IMG/VR virus record: IMGVR_UViG_3300025913_000019
DNA from: a virus
Lineage: Duplodnaviria; Caudoviricetes
Direction: 5' to 3' (one strand)
DNA: 64,000 nt
The number at the start of each line of letters is the position of its first letter. The stretch's first letter is position 1. The notes under the pieces were generated by a model. It was not told the origin of the DNA and did no database searches. It saw nothing but the letters and a program-made list of their open reading frames with translations. Of the stretch, positions 34,043-42,676 are shown piece after piece. The position numbers were made by a program, and so were the translations under genes.

Positions 34043-34372
34043 ATGACCCAAGCAAACCACACCCCGGCCTGGACGGTCCCCGATCGCTACCTGGTGACAC
34101 TCCGCGACATAAACGACCGCATGTGCGGTCGTTACTCGATGCCCATGCCTGATCCGGATGCCAAGGACTACGCGCAGCAGCTGACGGCCTTCGCCGAGTT
34201 CATGCACCTAGAACTCGCGCGCTCCAACTCGAAGCAGCGTCGCTTCTGCACCTTCACCGACTGGACTCGTGCTGTGGAGTACAAGATCACGGCTGGTGCC
34301 GCAGAGGTTGCAACGGTGTGGGCGCTGTTCAAGGCCATCGGCTACGATCACAAGACAAGGAGCTATACGTGA
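34043..34372 (+). CDS. Hypothetical protein (109 aa)
   Basis: Operon packing. Confidence 0.65.
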   Translation: MTQANHTPAWTVPDRYLVTLRDINDRMCGRYSMPMPDPDAKDYAQQLTAFAEFMHLELARSNSKQRRFCTFTDWTRAVEYKITAGAAEVATVWALFKAIGYDHKTRSYT

Positions 34373-34563
34373 GCAACGTCACCTACGGCATCATCAAGGG
34401 CATCCTACTCGGCCTCATCATCTTCTGCTTCCAGCTCATGAAGGTGCTGCCATCGCACTTCTGGTTCAACGACCTGGTGATCGACGTCGTCGGTGCCATC
34501 TTCGTCTGCATTACCGGCGCGGTCCTGTCTCGAAAGGAACCGGACGATGACAAGCAGCAGTAA
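34369..34563 (+). CDS. Small two-TM membrane protein
   Basis: GTGA-coupled start; two hydrophobic helices. Confidence 0.6.
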   Translation: MSNVTYGIIKGILLGLIIFCFQLMKVLPSHFWFNDLVIDVVGAIFVCITGAVLSRKEPDDDKQQ

Positions 34564-35017
34564 GACGAAGGTCTGGATCAGGGACATGCCTCGTCAACTG
34601 ATCGACTACCTGCTGGCGCGTGAGCTGGGCGAGAACGTCTACCTGTACACCGAACCCTTCTGCGGCCAGCAACGTCCGCTGCAGAAGGGCGTGGCCCGCA
34701 GGCAGGGTCCCGGCTGCGATACGCTGCTGACGAGTCCGAGCACGGACCCTCACGTCATCATCGCGCTGATGGAGAGCTACAAAATCTACATCCAGCCGTC
34801 GGGTACGCTCTTCCACGCATTCGTCCGCAACGAGTGCGGCGCCAAGCACGAGTGCTACGGCAAGACCATCATCGATGCCGTGGTCCACACGTTCCTGAAG
34901 TTGAAACTCGGCAACCGACCCGAGATCGACGACGCGATACTCCACGAGATTGATCCGCAGCGCGTATGGACGCGCAGGTCGGATCTCGACAACGCGGCAT
35001 CGGCCCTCAGAGGCTGA
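34547..35017 (+). CDS. NinX/DUF2591-like phage protein
   Basis: LIDYLLAREL...PSTDPHVIIALMESYKIYI...GKTIIDAVVHTFLKLKLG. Confidence 0.55.
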   Translation: MTSSSKTKVWIRDMPRQLIDYLLARELGENVYLYTEPFCGQQRPLQKGVARRQGPGCDTLLTSPSTDPHVIIALMESYKIYIQPSGTLFHAFVRNECGAKHECYGKTIIDAVVHTFLKLKLGNRPEIDDAILHEIDPQRVWTRRSDLDNAASALRG

Positions 35018-35047
35018 GACCTTCACACCACAGAGCTAGGATCAAAC

Positions 35048-36454
35048 ATGGACTTCTTCTCTCACGGTTCGCCGCTGCACCAGCTGGCGACCGGTACCGG
35101 CCTCATGGCTGTATTCGCTGTCATCGCTGCCGGCTGGTCTCGCGTCAAGAGCTTCGGCTCGTACATCTCCAGCGCTCTCGTGCTTCACCGCCGGATCGAA
35201 GGTCGTTACATGAGCCGAATCGTCGGCAAGTACATCCGCGAGCACTACAAGCCGCTGCCGTCGGGCTCCATGATCTTCACCCACGTCAGCGCCAAGATCG
35301 AGGGCGACGCTCTGTGGTCGGACGTACCGTTCGAGATGCATGGCTCAGCCGGTGTCTGGCGTGGACCCCGAGGCATCTTCTTCGTCAATGTCGACGGAGG
35401 GCTCAAGCTCCTGTCGTTGCGCGGCTTCTCTGACCCGAAGGGCTTGATCGCCGACGCCATCAAGACCTCGAACACGCGACGCAATGCCGACTACCTGAAA
35501 GAGGCGGCACGTGCATCGAACTTCCGTGTCGTCCCGGTCATGGGAACTGTCGGCGAGGCCATGTCCGACCTCTTCAAACGTGATCGCTCCAGTGAGGCCA
35601 GCACATCGGTCTCGCCGGCTCCGAATTCTGGCGGGCTGAAGAGCGAAGACGACTGGTGGATCGATCCGGACCTGCGCTTCGACGAGTCGTTCATGTACGC
35701 GCGCGACGAGTACTTGAAGGACCAAGGGCGAGTCGATCCGTTCAAGGGCCTCTTCTACCCGGAAGAGGTCTACGCGATGATCGAGACCCTGAAGTCCTGG
35801 TACAACGAGCGCACGTGGTACGAGGAACACAACGTGCCCTGGCGCACGGGTGTCCTGACAGAAGGTCCCGGCGGCACCGGCAAGTCGAGCCTGTCCAAGG
35901 CCGTGGCGATGGAACTCGGCATCCCTCTCTACCAGTACTACCTCAACACCTTCAACGACCGTGACTTCGTCACCAAGTGGGGTGAGATGGAGACGCCGTG
36001 CGTGGTCGCGCTCGAGGACTTCGACACCGTGTTCCACGGACGCGAGTGTGTCACGGTCCACAAGAGCCTGAGCTTCGAGTGCGTGCTGAACCAGATCAGT
36101 GGCATCAGTTCGAAGTCGGGGATCTTGCTCATGGTGACGACGAACCACATCGAGCACGTCGACCCGGCCCTCGGACGCCTCGATGAACAGGGCAGGCCGA
36201 CACGACCGGGTCGCATCGACCACATCCTGCACATGGGCAACACGACCGAGAAGCAACGTCGTGACATCGCGAACTACACGCTCAACGACACGGCGCCGGA
36301 CATGATCGAAGAGCTCGTGGCCGCGAACGTGGATACGACGGCCGCGCAGTTCCAGGCCGCGTGCATCCACGTCGCGCTGGAGCGCAAGGCCGGTTTCGGC
36401 CGCAAGAACGCGGGCGCCGAAAACGTGGTTCCGCTGCATCGCACGGGCACCTGA
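35048..36454 (+). CDS. BCS1-like AAA+ ATPase with N-terminal TM helix
   Basis: WYEEHNVPWRTGVLTEGPGGTGKSS; LEDFD; MVTTNHIEHVDPAL; RPGRID. Confidence 0.85.
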   Translation: MDFFSHGSPLHQLATGTGLMAVFAVIAAGWSRVKSFGSYISSALVLHRRIEGRYMSRIVGKYIREHYKPLPSGSMIFTHVSAKIEGDALWSDVPFEMHGSAGVWRGPRGIFFVNVDGGLKLLSLRGFSDPKGLIADAIKTSNTRRNADYLKEAARASNFRVVPVMGTVGEAMSDLFKRDRSSEASTSVSPAPNSGGLKSEDDWWIDPDLRFDESFMYARDEYLKDQGRVDPFKGLFYPEEVYAMIETLKSWYNERTWYEEHNVPWRTGVLTEGPGGTGKSSLSKAVAMELGIPLYQYYLNTFNDRDFVTKWGEMETPCVVALEDFDTVFHGRECVTVHKSLSFECVLNQISGISSKSGILLMVTTNHIEHVDPALGRLDEQGRPTRPGRIDHILHMGNTTEKQRRDIANYTLNDTAPDMIEELVAANVDTTAAQFQAACIHVALERKAGFGRKNAGAENVVPLHRTGT

Positions 36455-36542
36455 AAAGGGCGGAAAAGAGGTACTCCCTGCTGCAGCAGGACACCTGTTT
36501 TCTGGTCGAAAACGGGCGTTGTGAGCCAGGACTCAGGCAAAG

Positions 36543-36580
36543 AAAAGGGCCGCACAGAATCACTTCTGTGCGGCCCTTTT
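36543..36580. terminator. Bidirectional rho-independent terminator between convergent blocks
   Basis: Perfect 17-bp inverted repeat AAAAGGGCCGCACAGAA-tcac-TTCTGTGCGGCCCTTTT. Confidence 0.9.
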
Positions 36581-36680
36581 GCCATCTGCTGTACGGTGAA
36601 AAAGAAGCTGGGGCTTCGCTAGGATGCAACTCGCCGGGCCGCGTGTGAAACGACCAAGCCCCAGCAAACACCACACTCGG

Positions 36681-37004
36681 TCAGAACCTCTCGAACCACG
36701 CGGGGTCCGGTTCCGATTCTTTCGGCCAGTCCGGGATCGGATGCAGGCCGCGCAATTCGTGGGCCGTCGTGTCCGGCAGGAAGTTGATCTGACCATCGGT
36801 CACGAACGAGTGACAGACGGTCTCTGCCTTGCGACGCGAACTCGTGACCAGCAGAGACGGCTGGAACGTCGGCTTCGTCGTGTCACCGTTGAAGGTCCAC
36901 GGGTTCGGGTGCGGCTCGACGGCAATGACGTGACTGGTGCGACAGCCGGGACACCAGAGGTAGACGCGCGTCGGGTTCCTGATCTCACGCCTGAGGATGC
37001 TCAC
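36681..37004 (-). CDS. DUF6527-like Cys/His protein
   Basis: CPGC..SH...WTFNGD..KPTFQPSLL...CHSFVTDGQI..D..HELRG. Confidence 0.7.
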   Translation of the reverse strand: MSILRREIRNPTRVYLWCPGCRTSHVIAVEPHPNPWTFNGDTTKPTFQPSLLVTSSRRKAETVCHSFVTDGQINFLPDTTAHELRGLHPIPDWPKESEPDPAWFERF

Positions 37005-37468
37005 TTATTGTCCTCGGACAACTGGTTGAGCTTGCGCAGCGCCAGGCTGAACTTCATCCACCAGGCGGTGTAGGCTTCGACCTCCTTGTCCACCCGCTGC
37101 GCGAATCCTTCCGCGTAGTTGATGATCTTGCCGATGTCAGCGATCTCCTTCTGGTCGATGCCGTACACCACATCTTCCATGTGCTCGCTGAAGCTCAGCT
37201 CCGGCTTGGCGCTGAAGTCCAGGTCGAGAGACTTGGAACCCTTGCCCTTTTCGTTGAGACTGATGTCGAACGTGACGACTCGGTTCTCGCCGAACGTGAC
37301 TTCGCACGAACAGGCCAGGTCACCCCAGGCATCGACCTCGATCTTGACCTTCAGACCGGAGGACGCGAAGGCCTGCTCGACGGCCGCCTTCGCGTCCTCG
37401 GCAGAACCCTGCGGCTTGGCCTCGAGTCGCTGCATTTCCTGCAGCCGGGCCTTCGCTTGGATGTCCAT
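37001..37468 (-). CDS. Putative internal head protein (motif MDIQAKARL)
   Basis: Shared N-terminal peptide; SD GGAG. Confidence 0.75.
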   Translation of the reverse strand: MDIQAKARLQEMQRLEAKPQGSAEDAKAAVEQAFASSGLKVKIEVDAWGDLACSCEVTFGENRVVTFDISLNEKGKGSKSLDLDFSAKPELSFSEHMEDVVYGIDQKEIADIGKIINYAEGFAQRVDKEVEAYTAWWMKFSLALRKLNQLSEDNK

Positions 37469-37478
37469 CTCGTTCTCC

Positions 37479-37778
37479 TTAGAGCGCGACGTAGAGGATC
37501 GATTCCTTCTGGAACCAGTGCTCGATCTCCAGGTACTCGCCGTTGCCGTCCGGGTAGTACTGGCGTCCCTTGTGCGGGACCTTTTCCAGAGCCTCGGGCT
37601 TGAACGGCGCCTCGAAGTAGATCGCGGCTTCGTCGGTGCCGAGACGCTCGACGCCCTTGAGGCCGACGCCCAGCTTCTGCGCCATCGACTGCGCGAGGTG
37701 CTTGAGGTGATCCGGCATGTCGTCGGCCATGATCTTGAAAGCCGAGAGTCGCGCCTTCGCTTGCAGTTGGATTTCCAT
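37479..37778 (-). CDS. Putative internal head protein (motif MEIQLQAKARLSA)
   Basis: Start reassigned to 37778 using SD GGAG and the motif. Confidence 0.75.
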   Translation of the reverse strand: MEIQLQAKARLSAFKIMADDMPDHLKHLAQSMAQKLGVGLKGVERLGTDEAAIYFEAPFKPEALEKVPHKGRQYYPDGNGEYLEIEHWFQKESILYVAL

Positions 37779-37803
37779 TCTGTTCTCCGCTTCGGATGTG
37801 GAA

Positions 37804-37824
37804 GCGGGGCCGCTAGGGCCCCGC
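37804..37824 (-). terminator. GC-rich hairpin after the 250-aa virion gene (weak terminator or processing stem)
   Basis: GCGGGGCC-5 nt-GGCCCCGC; only a short U tract. Confidence 0.45.
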
Positions 37825-37832
37825 ATCGGAGA

Positions 37833-38585
37833 TCAGGCGAACGTGCCTTCGTTGACCTGGCGGATGGTCTCGCGCATGTACTCGGGGTCGTAGCTGTAGA
37901 GACGCGTCCAGTAGGCGTTGGCCACCTTCTTTTCCTCGGGCGTCAGGCTCGCCATGACAGCCGCGTGGACACCGGCGTCGATCTGCACCGGGGTGATGGA
38001 CACCACGTTGTCGTAGTCGACGGTGGCCACGGCCTTGCGCGCGAACGACACGACCTTGACCTTGTCGTCCGAAGACGCGACGGTGAAGCCGTGATCGACG
38101 TCGCCTTCGGCGTCGACGAAGGCCACCAGCTCGTTGCGGCCGGCCTTGGCGATGGTCAGCTGCGACAGGCGCGGGACATCGGGACGGGCGAGACGCGAGG
38201 CCTGCACCAGCGCCGTCAGGTCTTCCTGGCCGTGGCGGGCGAGGAACTTGTTGCCGCCGGCACCCTGGCGCACTTCCCACAGCGACTTGTCGGCGTCGTC
38301 CATGAGCATGTTCGAGCCCATGACGCGGTAGCTGGCCTTGAGCTCCTTCTCGGTGACGACGCGGATCGCACGGTTCGCCTTGACGAAGCCGACGGCGACG
38401 CCTTCCTTGATCTTCTTCACCGACGACTTGACCAGCGAGACCTGGTTGTCGAAGATGCGGGCGACTTCGTCGTGCATGAAGTCGCGGCCGAACTTGCCGG
38501 TGTAGCTGAGGATCACCTTGGCCAGCGTCGGGGTCTTGACGCGGTAGTCGGTGATGGCGACGGTGTTGGTCTGGAAATCGGACAT
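37833..38585 (-). CDS. Putative virion structural protein (250 aa)
   Basis: Strong codon bias; SD GGAG; own promoter-like box upstream. Confidence 0.7.
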   Translation of the reverse strand: MSDFQTNTVAITDYRVKTPTLAKVILSYTGKFGRDFMHDEVARIFDNQVSLVKSSVKKIKEGVAVGFVKANRAIRVVTEKELKASYRVMGSNMLMDDADKSLWEVRQGAGGNKFLARHGQEDLTALVQASRLARPDVPRLSQLTIAKAGRNELVAFVDAEGDVDHGFTVASSDDKVKVVSFARKAVATVDYDNVVSITPVQIDAGVHAAVMASLTPEEKKVANAYWTRLYSYDPEYMRETIRQVNEGTFA

Positions 38586-38654
38586 GGAGTTTCTCCGTTG
38601 TGACTGGTTAGACAGAATGAGAGGCTATCCGATACGGGAGTCGCCTTGGTACGC

Positions 38655-38669
38655 GATGAAATTGCGGTC
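38655..38669 (-). promoter_or_regulatory. Candidate late promoter GACCGCAATTTCAT(C)
   Basis: 14-mer identical to 53187-53200; both lie right after a stop codon. Confidence 0.55.
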
Positions 38670-38670
38670 T

Positions 38671-38925
38671 TCAGATCGGGAGCTGACGGTCGCGGTCGGC
38701 CTTGTACGCGTCGGCGCAGTGCGTCCTGGAGAAGGCCAGGCCGTTGATGATGTACATCATGAACCCGAACTTCTTCTTGTCGCGGTGCTTGCGGAACGCC
38801 ACCGACGACATCGTCTCCCACGGGTTGCCGCGGAGGAACAGGGCGTTGGCCAGGTAGTCGAGGCAGATGAAGACGCCGAACAGGTAGTGCTTGAGAGCCA
38901 GCCAGATGGCCTTGAGCTTGGTCAC
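38671..38925 (-). CDS. Small hydrophobic phage protein (D..ANAL..G.P.ET.SS...HC family)
   Basis: GTGA-coupled start; recognisable widespread phage pattern of unknown function. Confidence 0.65.
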   Translation of the reverse strand: MTKLKAIWLALKHYLFGVFICLDYLANALFLRGNPWETMSSVAFRKHRDKKKFGFMMYIINGLAFSRTHCADAYKADRDRQLPI

Positions 38926-39902
38926 TTGTGTGCTCCTTGATGCTTGGGGAGGATGAGCTTGTGCTCGCGCCCGAATTTCGTACCCGGGTATTTCTTCATG
39001 TAGGCCTTGCGATCCTCGGCAGGCAGCGAGTGGAACCACTTGTGGGTCCGACCGTGCGGCTCCTTCGGATCGATGACGAGCGCGCCGTGCAGCGGCTGCG
39101 GCATGTGCTCGTAGTTGATCTTGAGGTGCAGCTTCTTTGCCGCCGCGTAGAAGAGCGCGACCATGAGGGATGCAGCGTCGCCCGAGTGGGAGCCGAGGAA
39201 GTGCAGCAGTCCTTCCACATGAGAGGCGCCGTAGGCCGTGATGCCGAGACCACCGGACGCGAGACCGAACAGCAGGACACTGATGTCCTTCAGGCCCTGC
39301 TTGGAGGCGAACATGTCGGCCAGGCTGTAGTCACCCTTGACGCAGTTGATGACCGCGTCGACGATGCCCAGGTCGTAGTCTGCGTCACCGGTCGACGACG
39401 CGTGAAGGAATCCCCACACGAGGAAACCTGCGACTGCAAGACCCGTGACCTTGGTCAGCACCGGGTGGCGATGGATCACTTCGTCCAGCTTCTTCACGCG
39501 CTCGTGGACATCGAGATGCTGCATCAACTTCGAGGAACCGAAGGTCTCGATCAGATCATCGAAGGCCGCGAACAACGCGGTCGCCGGAAGTGCCATCGCC
39601 TTCTTGACGGCCTTGAGTAGCTTGGCGATCGAGAAGCCCACACCCTTCAGGAGTCGGAACACCGACTTCTCTTTGAAGGCCTGGACGATGGAGTCCCAGC
39701 CGATGTGAGCCGACTCGGCCAGCAGTGCTCCGACTTCCTTCAGCTCGGACCACAGCTTCTTCAGTGCACCCGGCACCTTGAACTCGAAGGCTTGCAGCTC
39801 GTGCGGATCACGCGCCAGGGCTTCGACCACTGTCGCGTACTTCTCATAGGTGACGTCGGCCGCCTCCATGAGCATGAGGCGCGTCTCAGCTTCGAGTTTC
39901 AT
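38922..39902 (-). CDS. Putative internal head protein (motif variant MKLEAETRL)
   Basis: Start 1 nt after the upstream stop; C-terminal KWFHSLPAEDRKAYMKKYPGTKF. Confidence 0.75.
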   Translation of the reverse strand: MKLEAETRLMLMEAADVTYEKYATVVEALARDPHELQAFEFKVPGALKKLWSELKEVGALLAESAHIGWDSIVQAFKEKSVFRLLKGVGFSIAKLLKAVKKAMALPATALFAAFDDLIETFGSSKLMQHLDVHERVKKLDEVIHRHPVLTKVTGLAVAGFLVWGFLHASSTGDADYDLGIVDAVINCVKGDYSLADMFASKQGLKDISVLLFGLASGGLGITAYGASHVEGLLHFLGSHSGDAASLMVALFYAAAKKLHLKINYEHMPQPLHGALVIDPKEPHGRTHKWFHSLPAEDRKAYMKKYPGTKFGREHKLILPKHQGAHK

Positions 39903-39903
39903 C

Positions 39904-40755
39904 TCAGGCATTCCACCAGTTGGGTTCGACCATGAAAAAGGAGACGATGGCTTCGGGCGGCACGGGCACGGTGATGAACTTGAACTCCGGCTCATCGACC
40001 AGCTCGTCCTGGTACAGCACCGCGCCGGGGACCTTCGCGAGATCGATCGTGACCGCACGATACTGCGCGTTGACAGCACGAAGTTTCGACTCATCGAACT
40101 CGCCCCACTCCTCCAGCGACCAGCGCTTGGACAGCAGCATGCCCATGACCTGGGACACGACTTCGGGCTTCTTCGACATCGTCAGGAAGATCGAGGGCTT
40201 GCCGTACTTGAGGCTGCCCTTCCACAGGCCCTGGCCTTCTTTCGTCAGCTTCAGGCCTTCGCGCTCGATCTTGCGCACGTTCTTGCCTTCGGTGAAGTGG
40301 TAAGCCAGCTGTTGCTTGGCGGCTTTCAGCTGCTTCGGGACCGGGAACGTGCCGGCGATCGTCACCAGCTTGTGAATCACGTTCGGCTGCTCGAGCTCGA
40401 AGTGGATGCCCGTCTTCTTCAGGATCGCGAGGCAACGTCGAACCAGCTCGTTCGCAGCCTCCACACCGTCCCAGCTCTTGGTGCGAGTGAAGAGCCGCAG
40501 CGCTTCGTTCGTGATCTCGCGTGGCGTCTCGACGAAGAGCTGTGCCACGCCATGCTGGACCTCACCGATGGAGATGGCCCACGAGCTGGACTCGAAGTCG
40601 AAGTACAGGATGGTGGGGTAGATCCCGGCGCTGTGCTGCGGCTGCACCTTGAGCCCCACCTTGTGGAGCGCTTCAGCGACCCGCGTGCGGATCACATCGG
40701 TCAGCTCGGACGTTGGCGCGAACGCCAACAGACGGGACTTGGCTTGCAGCTTCAT
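39904..40755 (-). CDS. Putative internal head protein (MKLQAKSRLLA) with C-terminal ADP-ribosyltransferase-like domain
   Basis: YHFT...VRKIEREGL; SIFLT; VTIDL; DEPEF...VPPEAI. Confidence 0.7.
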   Translation of the reverse strand: MKLQAKSRLLAFAPTSELTDVIRTRVAEALHKVGLKVQPQHSAGIYPTILYFDFESSSWAISIGEVQHGVAQLFVETPREITNEALRLFTRTKSWDGVEAANELVRRCLAILKKTGIHFELEQPNVIHKLVTIAGTFPVPKQLKAAKQQLAYHFTEGKNVRKIEREGLKLTKEGQGLWKGSLKYGKPSIFLTMSKKPEVVSQVMGMLLSKRWSLEEWGEFDESKLRAVNAQYRAVTIDLAKVPGAVLYQDELVDEPEFKFITVPVPPEAIVSFFMVEPNWWNA

Positions 40756-40757
40756 CG

Positions 40758-41450
40758 TCAGGTCCTGGTTGTGTATGTACGACCTTCGAGGTCAGGGGTG
40801 AGGACACCCGACTGGAGGAAGCCGTGGTACGTGTTCGTGTCGATGCTGGGGCTCGCAGTCAGGTACGGTGCATCGCCCGTGATGGTCCAGCCGGGACCCC
40901 ATTGATTCGGTTGACCGCGGATCGTGGACTTCTGATCCACGACCCAGTGCGTGTTGTCGGGCAGCACCACCGTCAGGGGCTTGCGCCTGCCGCGCCACTG
41001 CTGACGGTAGTAGTCGCTGAGCAGGTCGGACATGTGCTCTTCATCGTCGAGCCAGTCCGCGCTGTAGATGGCGCCAGGTGACCCCACCTGATATGCGTTC
41101 GAGCCTTCCTTGCCCGTGCGCGGATTGCGGTACCAGCGAGTCGGATGGGAAGACCATGCGTCCGACTCGTCAGCCTTGAAGGCCATGCCGCAGCCGTCGC
41201 AGCACAGCTGGACGCGCTTGTCACTCAGCTGCACGTAGAGGGTGTCGTCGGCGCCCGTGAAGACGTTGGAGAGACCGAAGCCGACAGGCACCTGGATCTC
41301 TGCACGATGGAGGCGACCGGGCATCTTCGGGCATGCTCGCTGTTCGGCTGGAACGGAGCCGCCGCGCAGTTCGCTCTTCAGCGAAGCGCATACGAACGCG
41401 GTCTCGCGCTCCACGACTTCGAGCATGAAACACTGGATGGGGTCGCTCAT
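40758..41450 (-). CDS. Zn-ribbon plus DUF6527-like C-terminal domain protein
   Basis: SD GGAGG before MSDPIQ; CCDGC; WTITGDAPYLTASPSI...YHGFLQSGVL. Confidence 0.6.
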   Translation of the reverse strand: MSDPIQCFMLEVVERETAFVCASLKSELRGGSVPAEQRACPKMPGRLHRAEIQVPVGFGLSNVFTGADDTLYVQLSDKRVQLCCDGCGMAFKADESDAWSSHPTRWYRNPRTGKEGSNAYQVGSPGAIYSADWLDDEEHMSDLLSDYYRQQWRGRRKPLTVVLPDNTHWVVDQKSTIRGQPNQWGPGWTITGDAPYLTASPSIDTNTYHGFLQSGVLTPDLEGRTYTTRT

Positions 41451-41460
41451 CGTGTCCTCC

Positions 41461-41826
41461 TTAAAGGGTCTGATAGTCTCCGAGATCGGGCATGGCTTGC
41501 AGAGGACCCGTCGACAGAAGTCGATGACCAGCACCGAGACCCATGCCCATCGAGATGGGGCCGGGTTCGCTGTGCATGATCTCGGCGTCACTCTGCTTGA
41601 TGAGGTTCTGGTTCTCATCATCCGGCTGATACCCGGTGTTACCCGGGTTGTCGGCATCATCCATGCCCTTGCCGATCAACTCATCGTCGACTTCGTCTTC
41701 ACGCGGCAACTGGTGGTCGGCCTCCGCTTCGTCCATGTAGGTCGACGGAGGCCGATCAGTTGTGTTGACGACGGAGGCGAGGATGGAGATCAGCGAGCTC
41801 AGTCTGGCCTTCGCCTGCAGCTTCAT
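41461..41826 (-). CDS. Acidic putative internal head protein (MKLQAKARL)
   Basis: TGATG-coupled start; motif; D/E-rich body. Confidence 0.75.
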   Translation of the reverse strand: MKLQAKARLSSLISILASVVNTTDRPPSTYMDEAEADHQLPREDEVDDELIGKGMDDADNPGNTGYQPDDENQNLIKQSDAEIMHSEPGPISMGMGLGAGHRLLSTGPLQAMPDLGDYQTL

Positions 41827-42149
41827 CACAGTTCCTCGTGGAGGTGGACCTTGCCGCCGATGTGCTCCATGACCCAGCCGGGCTCGCCTTTCTTCGACCA
41901 CGTGATCTTGGACCCGTGGTCCGCGATCTTGTAGCCGAGGTGGGTGAACACCAGCTTGTTCAGGTCGCGGGCGCCGATCTTGAACATGCCATCGGAGAGA
42001 CGGCCGTTGCTCTTAATCTCCTGGCGCCCGTTGTGCGTGAGCTCGAAGTCAGCGGTCTCGAACGTGTCCTTCAGGACTTCCAGCAGCCGCGGGCCCAGGG
42101 TCTTGAGGTCCTGCAACGCCAGCAGCCGCGACTTCGCGTGCAACTTCAT
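41826..42149 (-). CDS. Putative internal head protein (MKLHAKSRLLA)
   Basis: Motif; SD GAGG; follows the tail tube gene. Confidence 0.75.
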   Translation of the reverse strand: MKLHAKSRLLALQDLKTLGPRLLEVLKDTFETADFELTHNGRQEIKSNGRLSDGMFKIGARDLNKLVFTHLGYKIADHGSKITWSKKGEPGWVMEHIGGKVHLHEEL

Positions 42150-42157
42150 GATCGGCC

Positions 42158-42676
42158 TCAGAACGTGTTGCCGTCGTTGATGTAGTCGAAGCTGAACGTG
42201 AGGCTCAGGTCGATCACCGTCGAGCTCGCGCCGTCGAACTGCACGTCCGCGATTTCGGTGATGAAGCAGCCAGCGAGGATCATCGTCTGGCTGATGGCGC
42301 CGGCGTTGTCGTAGACGTCGAGCTCCAGGTTGACCTTGTAGGCCGCCGAGTTCGAGCCCGTGTTGTTCTTCCACGAGCGCTGGAAGTCGCGCCACGCGCG
42401 CATCGCCATGTAGGTCGAGTAGTCGACCGTCTCCATGATCGTGGCGTTGAACGTGTGCTGGTACGTGGCACGGCCGGCTTCCTGCTTCTTCATGCCGTGC
42501 AGCTCGATGCCGACGGGTTCGATGGAGCTGGAAGGCAGGGCCGTGGTCTTGCACTTGTACGTCATCGACCGCGCGATACCGGAGGTGCCCGGGACCGTGG
42601 GGAAGAAGAGGTCGAAGTTCCAGGACTGCGCGGCGTCGGGCAGGTTCTGGATGTTGTCGTAGCTGGTACGTGCCAT
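42158..42676 (-). CDS. Tail tube protein
   Basis: 172 aa directly after the sheath; WNFDLFFP, TFNATIMET, LAGCFITEI..VQFD, SLTFSFDY T4 gp19-like pattern. Confidence 0.85.
   Translation of the reverse strand: MARTSYDNIQNLPDAAQSWNFDLFFPTVPGTSGIARSMTYKCKTTALPSSSIEPVGIELHGMKKQEAGRATYQHTFNATIMETVDYSTYMAMRAWRDFQRSWKNNTGSNSAAYKVNLELDVYDNAGAISQTMILAGCFITEIADVQFDGASSTVIDLSLTFSFDYINDGNTF

Noticed and set aside
10805-36439. Long minus-strand ORFs over the replication block (10805..12601, 15634..17346, 30218..32326, 35345..36439)
   Set aside because: Antisense to clearly identified plus-strand genes
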